Under the pieces are notes generated by a model. The model saw only the letters and a list, made by a program, of their open reading frames with translations, searched no databases and had not been told where the DNA came from. DNA of 64,000 bases. Source: a virus. Location of the stretch: the IMG/VR virus record IMGVR_UViG_3300021389_000014, positions 1 through 64,000 of that record; one strand, 5' to 3'. Both the position numbers and the translations under genes were made by a program. Shown in pieces: positions 31,439-40,926 of the stretch (position 1 is the stretch's first letter; each line of letters opens with the position of its first letter).

Positions 31439-32791
31439 ATGAGTGGTTATAAATCTAGATATCCGATAACTGGCCGTTACAAAAATACTGATTTTGATGA
31501 ATTAACGGCAGTCAGATATGATTATGTTAAGCCTGCGGAAAGTGAACCAAATCTTGGACTTCCTGCGGCTGATGGTTATGCCCTTTTGGGAAACACGAAT
31601 GGAACAAGATATTGGGCATTTGTCAATACAGGAGGTTCAGAAGGACCTCCAGGACCCCCAGGACCTCCAGGAGCAGTCATTGATCCAGAGACTGGGTTTG
31701 TTATTGGCCCACCTGGACCCACGGGATACGCCGGAAGCCGTGGAGCTACTGGACCCGTTGGTCCGGTAGGCGCTACAGGTACTCCAGGATTGCTTGGTGA
31801 TACTGGACCGATTGGGCCTGTAGGATATGTGGGTTCAAAAGGTGCGCCAGGAACCCCAGGAATCGCTCAAGTTGGATATACTGGTTCTGCCGGAGAAAAT
31901 GCAACTGGATACAGTGGTTCGTCAGGAGCAGACGGGTCAAGCGGTGTTCCTAGTGCTATAACAAGTGAAACAGTTGTTCCTAGTACAACTATTTCCGAAT
32001 ATGTTTTTTTTAACATACCTTCTTATTCTTCATCTGTCTTCGTAGATTGGAAATTTACAAGTTACTTAAATAGTCCATATTATATATCTTTATTTGTTGA
32101 CGACTATGAATATACTGGTAATGTTTTGTCATATAGCACGGGGCCGCAAGGCGATGATCCCTATCCGGTTTCTGAAGAACAAAGTTTAATGATAAACATG
32201 AACGATGGGACAGTTTTTAAAGTATGGTCCACCGACACCGTAGACACAGCATACGCGTCCCCAGATGAAAAAAGGTCTGGTATTACGAGAATGGGAACTC
32301 TTAATTCTAGGGTAACTGAAATTAAAGTTGCGATAAAAACACTGGCATCCGGTGTTACTACAGTTGACGGAAGTACGGCAGATATTCCTGATATAAATGT
32401 ATATTATGATAACCCACAGGCAGAAACTGGAACAATCCCGCCTCCAGAAGGTGGAACAGAAATAATACAAAGTATTGTTTCAGATCAGGTATATACCACT
32501 ATACAGTATCCAGCGTATACGGCACAGGTTTTCTCTAGGTTTACTGCTGGCCAAGTCTCTGACAGAGAACCAGTAGGTTCGTTGACTGTTAGCGCATATA
32601 TTAGACAAAATTCGAGTTCTAATTGGCAAATAGTAGGAACAAGAACGAGCGATCTTGTTAATTTTGGTGCTACCCCGCAGTTCATTAATATTAATTTCAC
32701 TGTCCCAGACAACTGGGAATACAAATTTGTATATTTTGCAAATACTCTCGACGTAAGTAATCCGAGTGGAACGGCAACGATTGTGTGGTAA
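31439..32791 (+). CDS. Collagen-like repeat fibre protein
   Basis: GPPGPPGPPG and extended G-X-Y run, including GY(A/V/T/S)GS repeats. Confidence 0.75.
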   Translation: MSGYKSRYPITGRYKNTDFDELTAVRYDYVKPAESEPNLGLPAADGYALLGNTNGTRYWAFVNTGGSEGPPGPPGPPGAVIDPETGFVIGPPGPTGYAGSRGATGPVGPVGATGTPGLLGDTGPIGPVGYVGSKGAPGTPGIAQVGYTGSAGENATGYSGSSGADGSSGVPSAITSETVVPSTTISEYVFFNIPSYSSSVFVDWKFTSYLNSPYYISLFVDDYEYTGNVLSYSTGPQGDDPYPVSEEQSLMINMNDGTVFKVWSTDTVDTAYASPDEKRSGITRMGTLNSRVTEIKVAIKTLASGVTTVDGSTADIPDINVYYDNPQAETGTIPPPEGGTEIIQSIVSDQVYTTIQYPAYTAQVFSRFTAGQVSDREPVGSLTVSAYIRQNSSSNWQIVGTRTSDLVNFGATPQFININFTVPDNWEYKFVYFANTLDVSNPSGTATIVW

Positions 32792-32819
32792 AATATGTTA
32801 ACAGTACAGATAATTAAAC

Positions 32820-32826
32820 ATAAATA
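32820..32826 (+). promoter_or_regulatory. Late promoter ATAAATA
   Basis: Consensus upstream of 32851. Confidence 0.6.
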
Positions 32827-32850
32827 CTTTTATATTGATAAGGAAATGGA

Positions 32851-33246
32851 ATGCAACATTATATAACGTATGATAAAACAACTGGAATGATAAAAACGTC
32901 AGGATGCGTTGACGATATAAGTCAGGTTAGGTTAAGAAATAACTGCGAGTTGGTAAAAGTGGGTGGACTTGTAAAATCAAATTTGCATTATGTTGATCTA
33001 GTTACAAAAAAAGTAAAAAAAAGGCCACAAAACACTTGGCAATCGGGGATTTCGGTTTCGGTGAACGAATCCTTTATATTTGAAAATGTTCCTAACGAAA
33101 CTTCAGTTTATATTGATGATGATTTTCTTGCTACGATTTCTGACGGAACGTTGGAGTTGGATATACCATTAGCTGGATTATACAAATTAAAAATTGATCC
33201 GCCATTTCCGTATTATGAACATATTGTAAAAGTAGAGGTGGTTTAA
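32851..33246 (+). CDS. Hypothetical, probably fibre assembly protein
   Basis: AAGGA SD; follows a fibre gene. Confidence 0.5.
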   Translation: MQHYITYDKTTGMIKTSGCVDDISQVRLRNNCELVKVGGLVKSNLHYVDLVTKKVKKRPQNTWQSGISVSVNESFIFENVPNETSVYIDDDFLATISDGTLELDIPLAGLYKLKIDPPFPYYEHIVKVEVV

Positions 33247-33247
33247 T

Positions 33248-33436
33248 ATGCCAAAAATAACAGCAGACATAACGAAATTAAAAGAAAAAAAGAATTCCGA
33301 AACTGATGCAAACAGGATGCAGGCGTATCGCGAAGAATCTGATCCGCTATTCTTTAAAGCCCATCGTGGAGAAATTGAACTTCAGGAATGGTCTGACAAA
33401 ATCCAAGAAATAAAGCAAAGGTTCCCAAAAGTATGA
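33248..33436 (+). CDS. Small tail-fibre-assembly-like protein
   Basis: R..AYREESDPLFF...W..KI.EIK.RFP. Confidence 0.55.
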   Translation: MPKITADITKLKEKKNSETDANRMQAYREESDPLFFKAHRGEIELQEWSDKIQEIKQRFPKV

Positions 33437-33446
33437 GAGACATAAT

Positions 33447-35570
33447 ATGAGTTATTCAATAAATTATTCCGATTTATCAAAAGTTCCATTAATAATAGAA
33501 GATGGAACAATAAACGCAACTACAGACTTGGCATTGCTGGGAAGAAGTGTCGGCGGCTACGGGCAATATATTGCGCAAAACTTTTTACACTTAGTAGAAA
33601 ATTTTGCAAGCCCGACACCACCAGAGGCTCCGACTCATGGCCAGATGTGGTATGATTCCCAGAACGATTTGCTAAAATATTATAATACAAGTAGTCAATG
33701 GAAAAATGTAAATTCAAGCAATGTGAATGCGTTTGGTCCTCCAGAAATAACCGGAGACACCACCCTAAATTACGCATCTGCCGAAGGCGACATTTGGTAT
33801 GATACCACAAAGGATTATCTTTATATCTATGCAGAAGGCCAGTGGTTGAATATTCTACAATTTGACCAAAATAATCGCTTTTTTATGGGAAATCGCTACG
33901 ACAATGTGGGAACTCTTCATAAAACTATGGAATTTATAGTTAATGGAAAAGTTGTTTACATTCTTTCAACCGACGATCAAGAATGGATACCAAGTTCTTA
34001 TGGGACTACAGCCGAAAGATTGCCAGATGGTAGACTGATGGTTTCGGATTATCCCCTTGTTAAGAAGGGTATAAATTTAAATTATGATCGTTCATATAAC
34101 TTGCATTATTATTATGTTACTATGTTAAACGAATTAACAGTTGACGTTGGGTTGGGAGATGTATACTTAGAACAAAATCAATTTGACGGAAATGGTCCTG
34201 GATTCACATTTAGGCCAAGCAGTGACCCAGATGATCAATCAAGTTTCTTTTCTCTTAGAAGTTTTGCAAATGATTCCAAACTTTGGGTTGGTTCAGAATC
34301 CACCACAGTTGCAAAAAATAATTTTGCTGTAGGATTTACTGGCGATAACGGCGAAGAACACGATTTAACAAAATATAACTTTGTTGTTGATACTGATGGA
34401 AATATAAATGCTTCTAGCATCCAGCTATCGGGGAATGCAGTTGTTTTGGGAGATGTAAGTGCTGCGACCGCCTCTGGTGATTGGATTGCAACAGTGGACG
34501 ATGTAACTGAAGGAACCTCTTTAGAAAAAATAATAACACCTGCTACGTTACGACAAGGAATAGCTCCAGTTACATATTTTGGAGAAAATACTAAAATCGT
34601 AAAAACAGAAAGAAAATCAAAAGCTGGCGGAACATATGAAATTTTGGAACATATAGTTAATGACGAAATTGTAAAAATTACATATGCATATGATACATAT
34701 ACTTTAATTGAATTCAATGATAGTGAACTAGACTACCAAGGAAGACAGTTGAATACTATGTTTAATACTATTATCCCAGGTGATAATTTTCCTTCTAGTG
34801 TTTTATCTATTATTAATCCTACTAGTGCGGAAGATTTGACAGCTTCATTGCAAGTTGGAAGAAAAGCTCTTCCTGCTGATCATGACCCAGAACAACCTAG
34901 ACTTTATAATCTTAATTATATACTAAGTGACACTATGACCGATGTGTATTACGACCCAGCTAATCCAGATGAAAATGTGGTATATACTGGTGGTCAGCGT
35001 GTTTCAAAATCTCTTTCATTTGGTTCGAGATATTCTACTACGGTAACGGCTGATGTATATTCGGCAGGAGACCCAGAACATGTTCAGGAAGAAGGAGTTT
35101 GGAAGGACGTTGTTACGATTCCTATAAGAGTTAGATATCGTGAATGGATACCATTATATAATTTTGAAATAAACGTTTTTTCGAATTTCATAAACGCAAA
35201 CTCATTTTCTGTTCGTGCAGTTCAAGAAGAAATACCAAATGTCGAAGTTGTTAAAGAATTTTTTACTAAAACTTGGGATATTGCAAATATTTCAAATTAT
35301 TCCTCAACTGATTTTATCTATAAATTTGTCTATGCTCCGTCAATATATGCATTTCTTGATCCGTTGTATGAATCTAATGGAAATTACACAGATGTCTCCA
35401 TAAAAATTCAAACACAAATCCCTACCGGAACGTTTGGCGCTGGAACCGAAATAAAAGTTTTTGAAGCGTATGGCACTGCTGAACTTGGGTATATGGCTTA
35501 TAGTGATTATCAAATCCGGGGCACCGCGAATGATTATGATGTTGAACGTTTAAAAAATATAGACGCATAA
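33447..35570 (+). CDS. Tail fibre/baseplate-attached protein, paralogous N-terminus to 28724
   Basis: QNFLHLVENFASPTPP..P..GQMWYD. Confidence 0.65.
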   Translation: MSYSINYSDLSKVPLIIEDGTINATTDLALLGRSVGGYGQYIAQNFLHLVENFASPTPPEAPTHGQMWYDSQNDLLKYYNTSSQWKNVNSSNVNAFGPPEITGDTTLNYASAEGDIWYDTTKDYLYIYAEGQWLNILQFDQNNRFFMGNRYDNVGTLHKTMEFIVNGKVVYILSTDDQEWIPSSYGTTAERLPDGRLMVSDYPLVKKGINLNYDRSYNLHYYYVTMLNELTVDVGLGDVYLEQNQFDGNGPGFTFRPSSDPDDQSSFFSLRSFANDSKLWVGSESTTVAKNNFAVGFTGDNGEEHDLTKYNFVVDTDGNINASSIQLSGNAVVLGDVSAATASGDWIATVDDVTEGTSLEKIITPATLRQGIAPVTYFGENTKIVKTERKSKAGGTYEILEHIVNDEIVKITYAYDTYTLIEFNDSELDYQGRQLNTMFNTIIPGDNFPSSVLSIINPTSAEDLTASLQVGRKALPADHDPEQPRLYNLNYILSDTMTDVYYDPANPDENVVYTGGQRVSKSLSFGSRYSTTVTADVYSAGDPEHVQEEGVWKDVVTIPIRVRYREWIPLYNFEINVFSNFINANSFSVRAVQEEIPNVEVVKEFFTKTWDIANISNYSSTDFIYKFVYAPSIYAFLDPLYESNGNYTDVSIKIQTQIPTGTFGAGTEIKVFEAYGTAELGYMAYSDYQIRGTANDYDVERLKNIDA

Positions 35571-35573
35571 TAC

Positions 35574-35602
35574 TTGACTCCTATGTATTTTTCGTGTATA
35601 AT
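35574..35602 (+). promoter_or_regulatory. Sigma70-type promoter of the replication block
   Basis: TTGACT-17-TATAAT. Confidence 0.8.
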
Positions 35603-35632
35603 ATATCTTACGAATCATACATAGGAGAAGAT

Positions 35633-35884
35633 ATGACAAGAGTTTTTAACGATTCTGAAAAAACAAAAATTAAACAAGTTATCAAAGAAGGCGTAAGCAT
35701 AACCGGAGAGATAGAAGCTCTGCGAGGTGGCCTAAGCGATACGGTAAAAGCGGTTGCCGAAGAACTTGATATTAAACCTGCGCTGTTTCGTAAAGCAATT
35801 AAAATTGCACACAAAGCAGATGGACAAAAACAGCGCGAAGAGTTTGATGAACTGGATTCTATCTTACAAACGGTTTCGCAATAA
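35633..35884 (+). CDS. dsDNA-binding protein, T4 DsbA/GapR-like
   Basis: Helical EIEALRGGLSDTVKAVAEELDIKPALFRKAIKI pattern; AGGAG SD before MTRVF. Confidence 0.6.
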   Translation: MTRVFNDSEKTKIKQVIKEGVSITGEIEALRGGLSDTVKAVAEELDIKPALFRKAIKIAHKADGQKQREEFDELDSILQTVSQ

Positions 35885-35938
35885 TATACTGTCAACAGAC
35901 TGCATTAGCGGTCTGTTTTATTTTTTAAGGAGAATATA

Positions 35939-38716
35939 TTGAGTTATATTGATGCGTTTTTAGATAGAGAAAAGGACGCCATTCACATAGTTGAAAGACG
36001 AAATGGAAAGAGAATATTTTCAAAATTTCCAGTAAAATATGTCTTTTATTATCCAGACACAACGGGAAAATATACTAGCATTTTTGGTGAACGATTGACC
36101 AAAGTAACCTGCAATAACAAGAAAGAATTCAACCGTGAGAAAAAGATTAATAGTCACAAAAAGTTATACGAAAGCGACATAAATCCTCTTTTTAGATTTC
36201 TTGAAGAGAATTATACTGGAAAAGATGCTCCCGAACTTAACCTTGGATTTTTCGACTTGGAAGTCGATTTTAATAAAGAATTGGGATTTGCCCCGCCAGA
36301 CGATCCATTCAATCCTATTACTGCAATTGCACTTCATTTGACACATTTGGGTAAAACTATTTGCCTAGCTGTGAAGCCAAAAACACTGACTACTGAGCAA
36401 GCAAAAGAAATAATGGACAAATTTCCAGATTCGTATCTTATGGATTCTGAGGAAGATTTGCTACTGACTTTTCTTGACTTGATAGATGACGTTGATGTTC
36501 TCAGTGGTTGGAACAGCACAGGCTTTGATATCCCATATACAGTTAATAGAATTACTCGTATACTTGGAAGAGAATATAATAGGAAATTGTGTTTTTGGGA
36601 TCAATATCCTAGTCGTCGGGAATATGAAATGTATGGTAAGATGAATGAAACCTACGATCTTGTAGGACGCCAGCATCTTGATTATTTGGAATTATATAGA
36701 AAATATACATATCACGAAATGCACAGCTATAGTTTGGATGCAATTGGCGAATACGAATTGAACGAACGAAAGATAGCATACGAAGGGACTTTGGATAAAC
36801 TATACAACGAAGACTTTGAAAAATTCATTGATTATAACCGCCAAGACGTTGATTTGTTGGTAAATCTTGATAAAAAATTGCAATTCATTGATCTTGCCAA
36901 TGTTATTGCGCATGATAACTGCGTTATCTTACCAACAACAATGGGGTCTGTTGCGCAAATTGACCAAGCTATTGTGAACGAAGCACATAAACGAGGAATG
37001 ATTGTTCCAGATCGTGTTCGCAAGAATAACGACAAGTTTTCAAAAAAATCTAAGAAAATAGAAACAGAAGACTTGTATGATTACGATGACCGTGATTTTT
37101 TCGTAGATAGCGAAGAACCTGAAAATAAAATAAACGAAAACGAGTCGGTCGCTGGTGCCTACGTCGCTGTTCCAAAAACAGGGATACATGAATGGATTGG
37201 TAGCATTGACTTGAATTCACTTTATCCTAGTATTCTTCGTGCATTAAATATGAGTCCTGAAACGCTAGTCGGACAAATTCGGCTAGACTTGACCTCACAG
37301 ATGTTATCACAGTTTGAAAAAATTAGTGAGGCTTGGGATGGAAAGTTTGCCACACGAGAATACGAACTTGTCATGGAACGAGACCGCGAAACACTGTTAA
37401 AAGTTGATTTTCAAAATGGAGAAATTATCGAAGGCACTGGTGCGGAAATATACAAAATTATATTTTCAGAAGGACACCCTTGGATGCTGACTTCTAATGG
37501 AACTATATTTACAACAGAAATAAAAGGTATTATTCCAGGTTTGCTAGAAAGATGGTATAGTGAGCGTAAAGAATTACAAAAGAAAGCAAAATCTTTCAAA
37601 GGAGAAGACGAAGAACAGTTTAAGTTTTGGGATAAGCGTCAACTTGTTAAGAAAATTTTGCTTAACTCCCTGTATGGCGCACTTCTGAATGTAGGTAGCC
37701 GTTTCTTTGATGCTCGTCTTGGACAAAGCACTACGCTAACTGGTCGTTGTATAGATAGGCACATGGCTGCGATGGTTAATCAAGTCGTTACAGGAGATTA
37801 TGACTATAAAGGCAAAGCAGTTATTTATTGCGACACCGATAGTTCGTATTTTAGTGCTTATCCGATTTACAAGGAACAGATAGAAAGTGGTGAAGTAAAA
37901 TGGGATAGGGATACTGTTGTAGAACTTTATGATGCAATTTGTGAAGAAGTTAATAAAACTTTTCCTGAATACATGAGAAACAATCATCGTTGTCCTGATA
38001 GCTTTAATCATACTATTGCGGCAGGTCGTGAAATCGTTGGTTCGAAGGCAATTTTCATTAAAAAGAAAAGATATGCCATCATGGTTTATGACAATGAAGG
38101 GTTCCGAGAAGATAGCGGCAATACACCCGGTAAAGTAAAAGCCATGGGTCTTGATCTTAAAAGAAGCGATACGCCTACGTTTATGCAGAATTTCTTAAAA
38201 GACATTCTATTGATGATCCTAGAGGGTAGCAACGAAGAAGATATTATTTCTAAAATTAAAGATTTCAGAAAAGTCTTTAGAGACATGAAACCTTGGGAAA
38301 TAGGAACGCCAAAAAGAGTGAATAAACTCACATATTATTCTGGTTTAGAATATGGCAAAGATAAAGACGGTGACGAAATTTACAAAGGAAAGGCCAGAAT
38401 ACCTGGGCACGTTCGTGCAGCGATAAACTATAATCGTCTTCTTGATTTGCATAATGATAACTTTAGTATGCGTATTAGCGATGGCATGAAAACTATTGTT
38501 TGTAAATTAAAACAAAATCAACTTGGATTTACTAGTGTTGCAATTCCTATTGACGAATCGCGTATTCCGCATTGGTTTAAGGAATTGCCCTTTGATGTGG
38601 ATGCTATGGAAGAAGCGATCATTGATAAAAAAGTAAAAAATCTTATCGGTGTTCTAAAATGGAAGATAGAAAATAGTTACAACAAGACAAATTTTGACGA
38701 ATTGTTCGAATTTTAA
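35939..38716 (+). CDS. gp43: Family B DNA polymerase (gp43-like)
   Basis: Exo DLEVD, GWNSTGFD, YNRQD; polymerase DLNSLYPS, KILLNSLYG, YCDTDS, KKRYA. Confidence 0.96.
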   Translation: MSYIDAFLDREKDAIHIVERRNGKRIFSKFPVKYVFYYPDTTGKYTSIFGERLTKVTCNNKKEFNREKKINSHKKLYESDINPLFRFLEENYTGKDAPELNLGFFDLEVDFNKELGFAPPDDPFNPITAIALHLTHLGKTICLAVKPKTLTTEQAKEIMDKFPDSYLMDSEEDLLLTFLDLIDDVDVLSGWNSTGFDIPYTVNRITRILGREYNRKLCFWDQYPSRREYEMYGKMNETYDLVGRQHLDYLELYRKYTYHEMHSYSLDAIGEYELNERKIAYEGTLDKLYNEDFEKFIDYNRQDVDLLVNLDKKLQFIDLANVIAHDNCVILPTTMGSVAQIDQAIVNEAHKRGMIVPDRVRKNNDKFSKKSKKIETEDLYDYDDRDFFVDSEEPENKINENESVAGAYVAVPKTGIHEWIGSIDLNSLYPSILRALNMSPETLVGQIRLDLTSQMLSQFEKISEAWDGKFATREYELVMERDRETLLKVDFQNGEIIEGTGAEIYKIIFSEGHPWMLTSNGTIFTTEIKGIIPGLLERWYSERKELQKKAKSFKGEDEEQFKFWDKRQLVKKILLNSLYGALLNVGSRFFDARLGQSTTLTGRCIDRHMAAMVNQVVTGDYDYKGKAVIYCDTDSSYFSAYPIYKEQIESGEVKWDRDTVVELYDAICEEVNKTFPEYMRNNHRCPDSFNHTIAAGREIVGSKAIFIKKKRYAIMVYDNEGFREDSGNTPGKVKAMGLDLKRSDTPTFMQNFLKDILLMILEGSNEEDIISKIKDFRKVFRDMKPWEIGTPKRVNKLTYYSGLEYGKDKDGDEIYKGKARIPGHVRAAINYNRLLDLHNDNFSMRISDGMKTIVCKLKQNQLGFTSVAIPIDESRIPHWFKELPFDVDAMEEAIIDKKVKNLIGVLKWKIENSYNKTNFDELFEF

Positions 38717-38718
38717 TC

Positions 38719-38747
38719 TTGACAATAGCTCATTACTGTGCTATTAT
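38719..38747 (+). promoter_or_regulatory. Sigma70-type promoter
   Basis: TTGACA-17-TATTAT. Confidence 0.75.
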
Positions 38748-38787
38748 TATACTACAAATTAATACTAATAATGGAGAAAATATAAAA

Positions 38788-39537
38788 ATGGCTGAATTAA
38801 AAGATATAGTAGCTGATATTGTAAAGCATACCGCTACTAATTTTATTGAGCATGTAAAAATAACAGATAGCAGCGAAGAAACCATAATTGAAACAATGGA
38901 TGTAGATAAGACTGTTATTGTTAAAGGAAAGATTCATGATCCTATCGGTGAAATTGGTAATGAAATCGGTTTCGGAAACCTAAAATTCCTTAAAGGAGTT
39001 CTCAATCTTTCGAATTACCGTGTAGACGGTTCCACCGTATCGGTAGAACATCGTGAACGAAATGGGGAAAATATTCCTGATAGTTTACTGTTTAAAGATG
39101 TATATGGCAACACAGACCGTTATCGGTTTATGAGTAAGCAGGTTATTGACCAGAATTTAAAAACTGTAAAATTTAAAGGTGCTACTTGGAATGTTGAAAT
39201 AGAACCAACAAAACAAAAAGTAAGTGAACTACAAAGTGCTGCTGCGATTTATGGAGGCAGCGACACAACTTTTCAGTTGAAAACAGATAACGGAGACCTT
39301 GTAATTACTTTTGGTTCAGAAAAAAGCAGTTTTTCGGGAAAACGTATTTTTGCAACTGATGTTTCTGGTGACTACAAAGAACAATATCAGTGGCCATTGG
39401 CAAAAGTATTAGCTATTCTAGACTTGGGTATGTCTGGGAAATGTAAAATGTCTTTAAGCGATTTGGGAGTTTTGCAAATAAGTGTTGATAGCGGAATTGG
39501 TCAATACAATTATATACTACCAGCTTTAACTGCTTAA
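38788..39537 (+). CDS. Sliding clamp (gp45/PCNA-like)
   Basis: ~250 aa directly after the polymerase, ending YNYILPA; polymerase ends with a clamp-peptide-like FDELFEF; start at MAELK. Confidence 0.65.
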   Translation: MAELKDIVADIVKHTATNFIEHVKITDSSEETIIETMDVDKTVIVKGKIHDPIGEIGNEIGFGNLKFLKGVLNLSNYRVDGSTVSVEHRERNGENIPDSLLFKDVYGNTDRYRFMSKQVIDQNLKTVKFKGATWNVEIEPTKQKVSELQSAAAIYGGSDTTFQLKTDNGDLVITFGSEKSSFSGKRIFATDVSGDYKEQYQWPLAKVLAILDLGMSGKCKMSLSDLGVLQISVDSGIGQYNYILPALTA

Positions 39538-39540
39538 TAT

Positions 39541-39840
39541 ATGGAGAAAAACATGAATAAATTAGTTGCACTAAGTGATATTAAATACGATCTACTTAAA
39601 ATTATTGAACCATACGATGGGCGTTTGTCTAGAAATGAGTGGAGACCAGTGGACAGACTGTTTACCAATTATCTTTTTGACCTAAAAAGAGATAGAGCAA
39701 TTCGTGATTTTAATAGCACTTATACTATAAAAGAAGGAACTATCATTTACGATGTGGGTATAAAACTATCAAATGATAGAAGCCCGAAGAAACTAAAAAT
39801 ATATGTTTCTACGTATAATCATCCTTGGGTATCTAAATAA
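39541..39840 (+). CDS. Hypothetical protein
   Basis: ORF with GGAG SD (likely start MNKL); followed by a terminator. Confidence 0.6.
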   Translation: MEKNMNKLVALSDIKYDLLKIIEPYDGRLSRNEWRPVDRLFTNYLFDLKRDRAIRDFNSTYTIKEGTIIYDVGIKLSNDRSPKKLKIYVSTYNHPWVSK

Positions 39841-39842
39841 TA

Positions 39843-39866
39843 GGGGGCCGTTGTGCCCCCAATTTT
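39843..39866 (+). terminator. Intrinsic terminator
   Basis: GGGGGC-cgttgt-GCCCCC then AATTTT. Confidence 0.6.
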
Positions 39867-39989
39867 AAAGAAGTTTTATATGAAATATAAAGAGAAAAAT
39901 CCAGAATTAAAAGCGATAAAATAAGGATATGAGATAATTTTGAAAAATCTACAAGTATACGAAGTTATTATAGACGGAAATGTTGAAAA

Positions 39990-40562
39990 ATGATAGGAAC
40001 ACTTACTTCTATTATGGGTCCAATGTATGCTGGCAAAACTAGTGAATTAATGAAGAGAATTCTTTGGTTAAATCACCAGAATCTACCATTGATGGTAATT
40101 AAGCCCGCTATAGATAATCGTTATAGTAAAAATAAAGAAATAGTCACACATACTGGTCACAAGTTTGAATGTTATTATTTGCATCTTGGTTCTATTGACG
40201 AAAACAATATATTTAACGACAATACGGTATTACAAGAAGCAGAGAATATGAATACTATATTCATAGACGAAATACAATTTTTTGATCCAGAAATACAAGA
40301 TTACATTAAGAAATGGATTTTGAGTGGAATACATGTGGTTGTGTCTGGATTGGACCAAGATAGTTCCGGTATGCCATTTGCTCTGTCTGCAAATATGTTA
40401 GCAATGAGTGATGAAGTTGTTAAGTTGCGAAGTTACTGTAACACTTGCGGTCAACCTGCCGCAAAAACACAAAAACTATATGACACAGGAAATCGTGTTG
40501 ATGTTGGCAGCAATGGAATGTATGAGGCAAGGTGTTTAGAACACTGGACTCCAAAAAAATAA
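39990..40562 (+). CDS. tdk: Thymidine kinase
   Basis: GPMYAGKT, KPAIDNRY, IDEIQF, GLD, CNTC and YEARC..H. Confidence 0.93.
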   Translation: MIGTLTSIMGPMYAGKTSELMKRILWLNHQNLPLMVIKPAIDNRYSKNKEIVTHTGHKFECYYLHLGSIDENNIFNDNTVLQEAENMNTIFIDEIQFFDPEIQDYIKKWILSGIHVVVSGLDQDSSGMPFALSANMLAMSDEVVKLRSYCNTCGQPAAKTQKLYDTGNRVDVGSNGMYEARCLEHWTPKK

Positions 40563-40572
40563 AGGATATAAA

Positions 40573-40863
40573 ATGAGTTGGTTTAAGAATTTATTTTCTA
40601 AAAAAGAAGAAAATAAACCAGATAATAATTTAGTAGAAATAGAAAACAAATATAATTCAAGTGAGCCGTGGGTAGATGTTGTAAAAATATCGATGGAAGA
40701 TGAAAGCAATCCATCTAGTGGATATTTTGAACTTGACTGGAATCGTGCATTTGTTGAACAATTAACAGAGGCGGGATACAGTGGTCGCACAGAAGAAGAA
40801 ATTGTTGAACAGTGGTTTAATGACTTATGTCGTGGTGTTGTAAGTGACACACTTCCAGAATAA
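40573..40863 (+). CDS. Hypothetical protein
   Basis: AAGGA SD; GYFELDWN...QWFNDLCR. Confidence 0.65.
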   Translation: MSWFKNLFSKKEENKPDNNLVEIENKYNSSEPWVDVVKISMEDESNPSSGYFELDWNRAFVEQLTEAGYSGRTEEEIVEQWFNDLCRGVVSDTLPE

Positions 40864-40866
40864 CAG

Positions 40867-40895
40867 TTGACACGCTTCTAGTAGCGTGTTACTAT
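40867..40895 (+). promoter_or_regulatory. Sigma70-type promoter with palindromic spacer
   Basis: TTGACA-17-TACTAT; ACACGCT...AGCGTGT inverted repeat inside. Confidence 0.7.
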
Positions 40896-40926
40896 CATTC
40901 CATGATAAACAATAGAAAGATTTTAA

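Noticed and set aside
31640-31950. GC-rich repetitive DNA
   Set aside because: Explained by collagen G-X-Y coding, not a DNA repeat element or DGR
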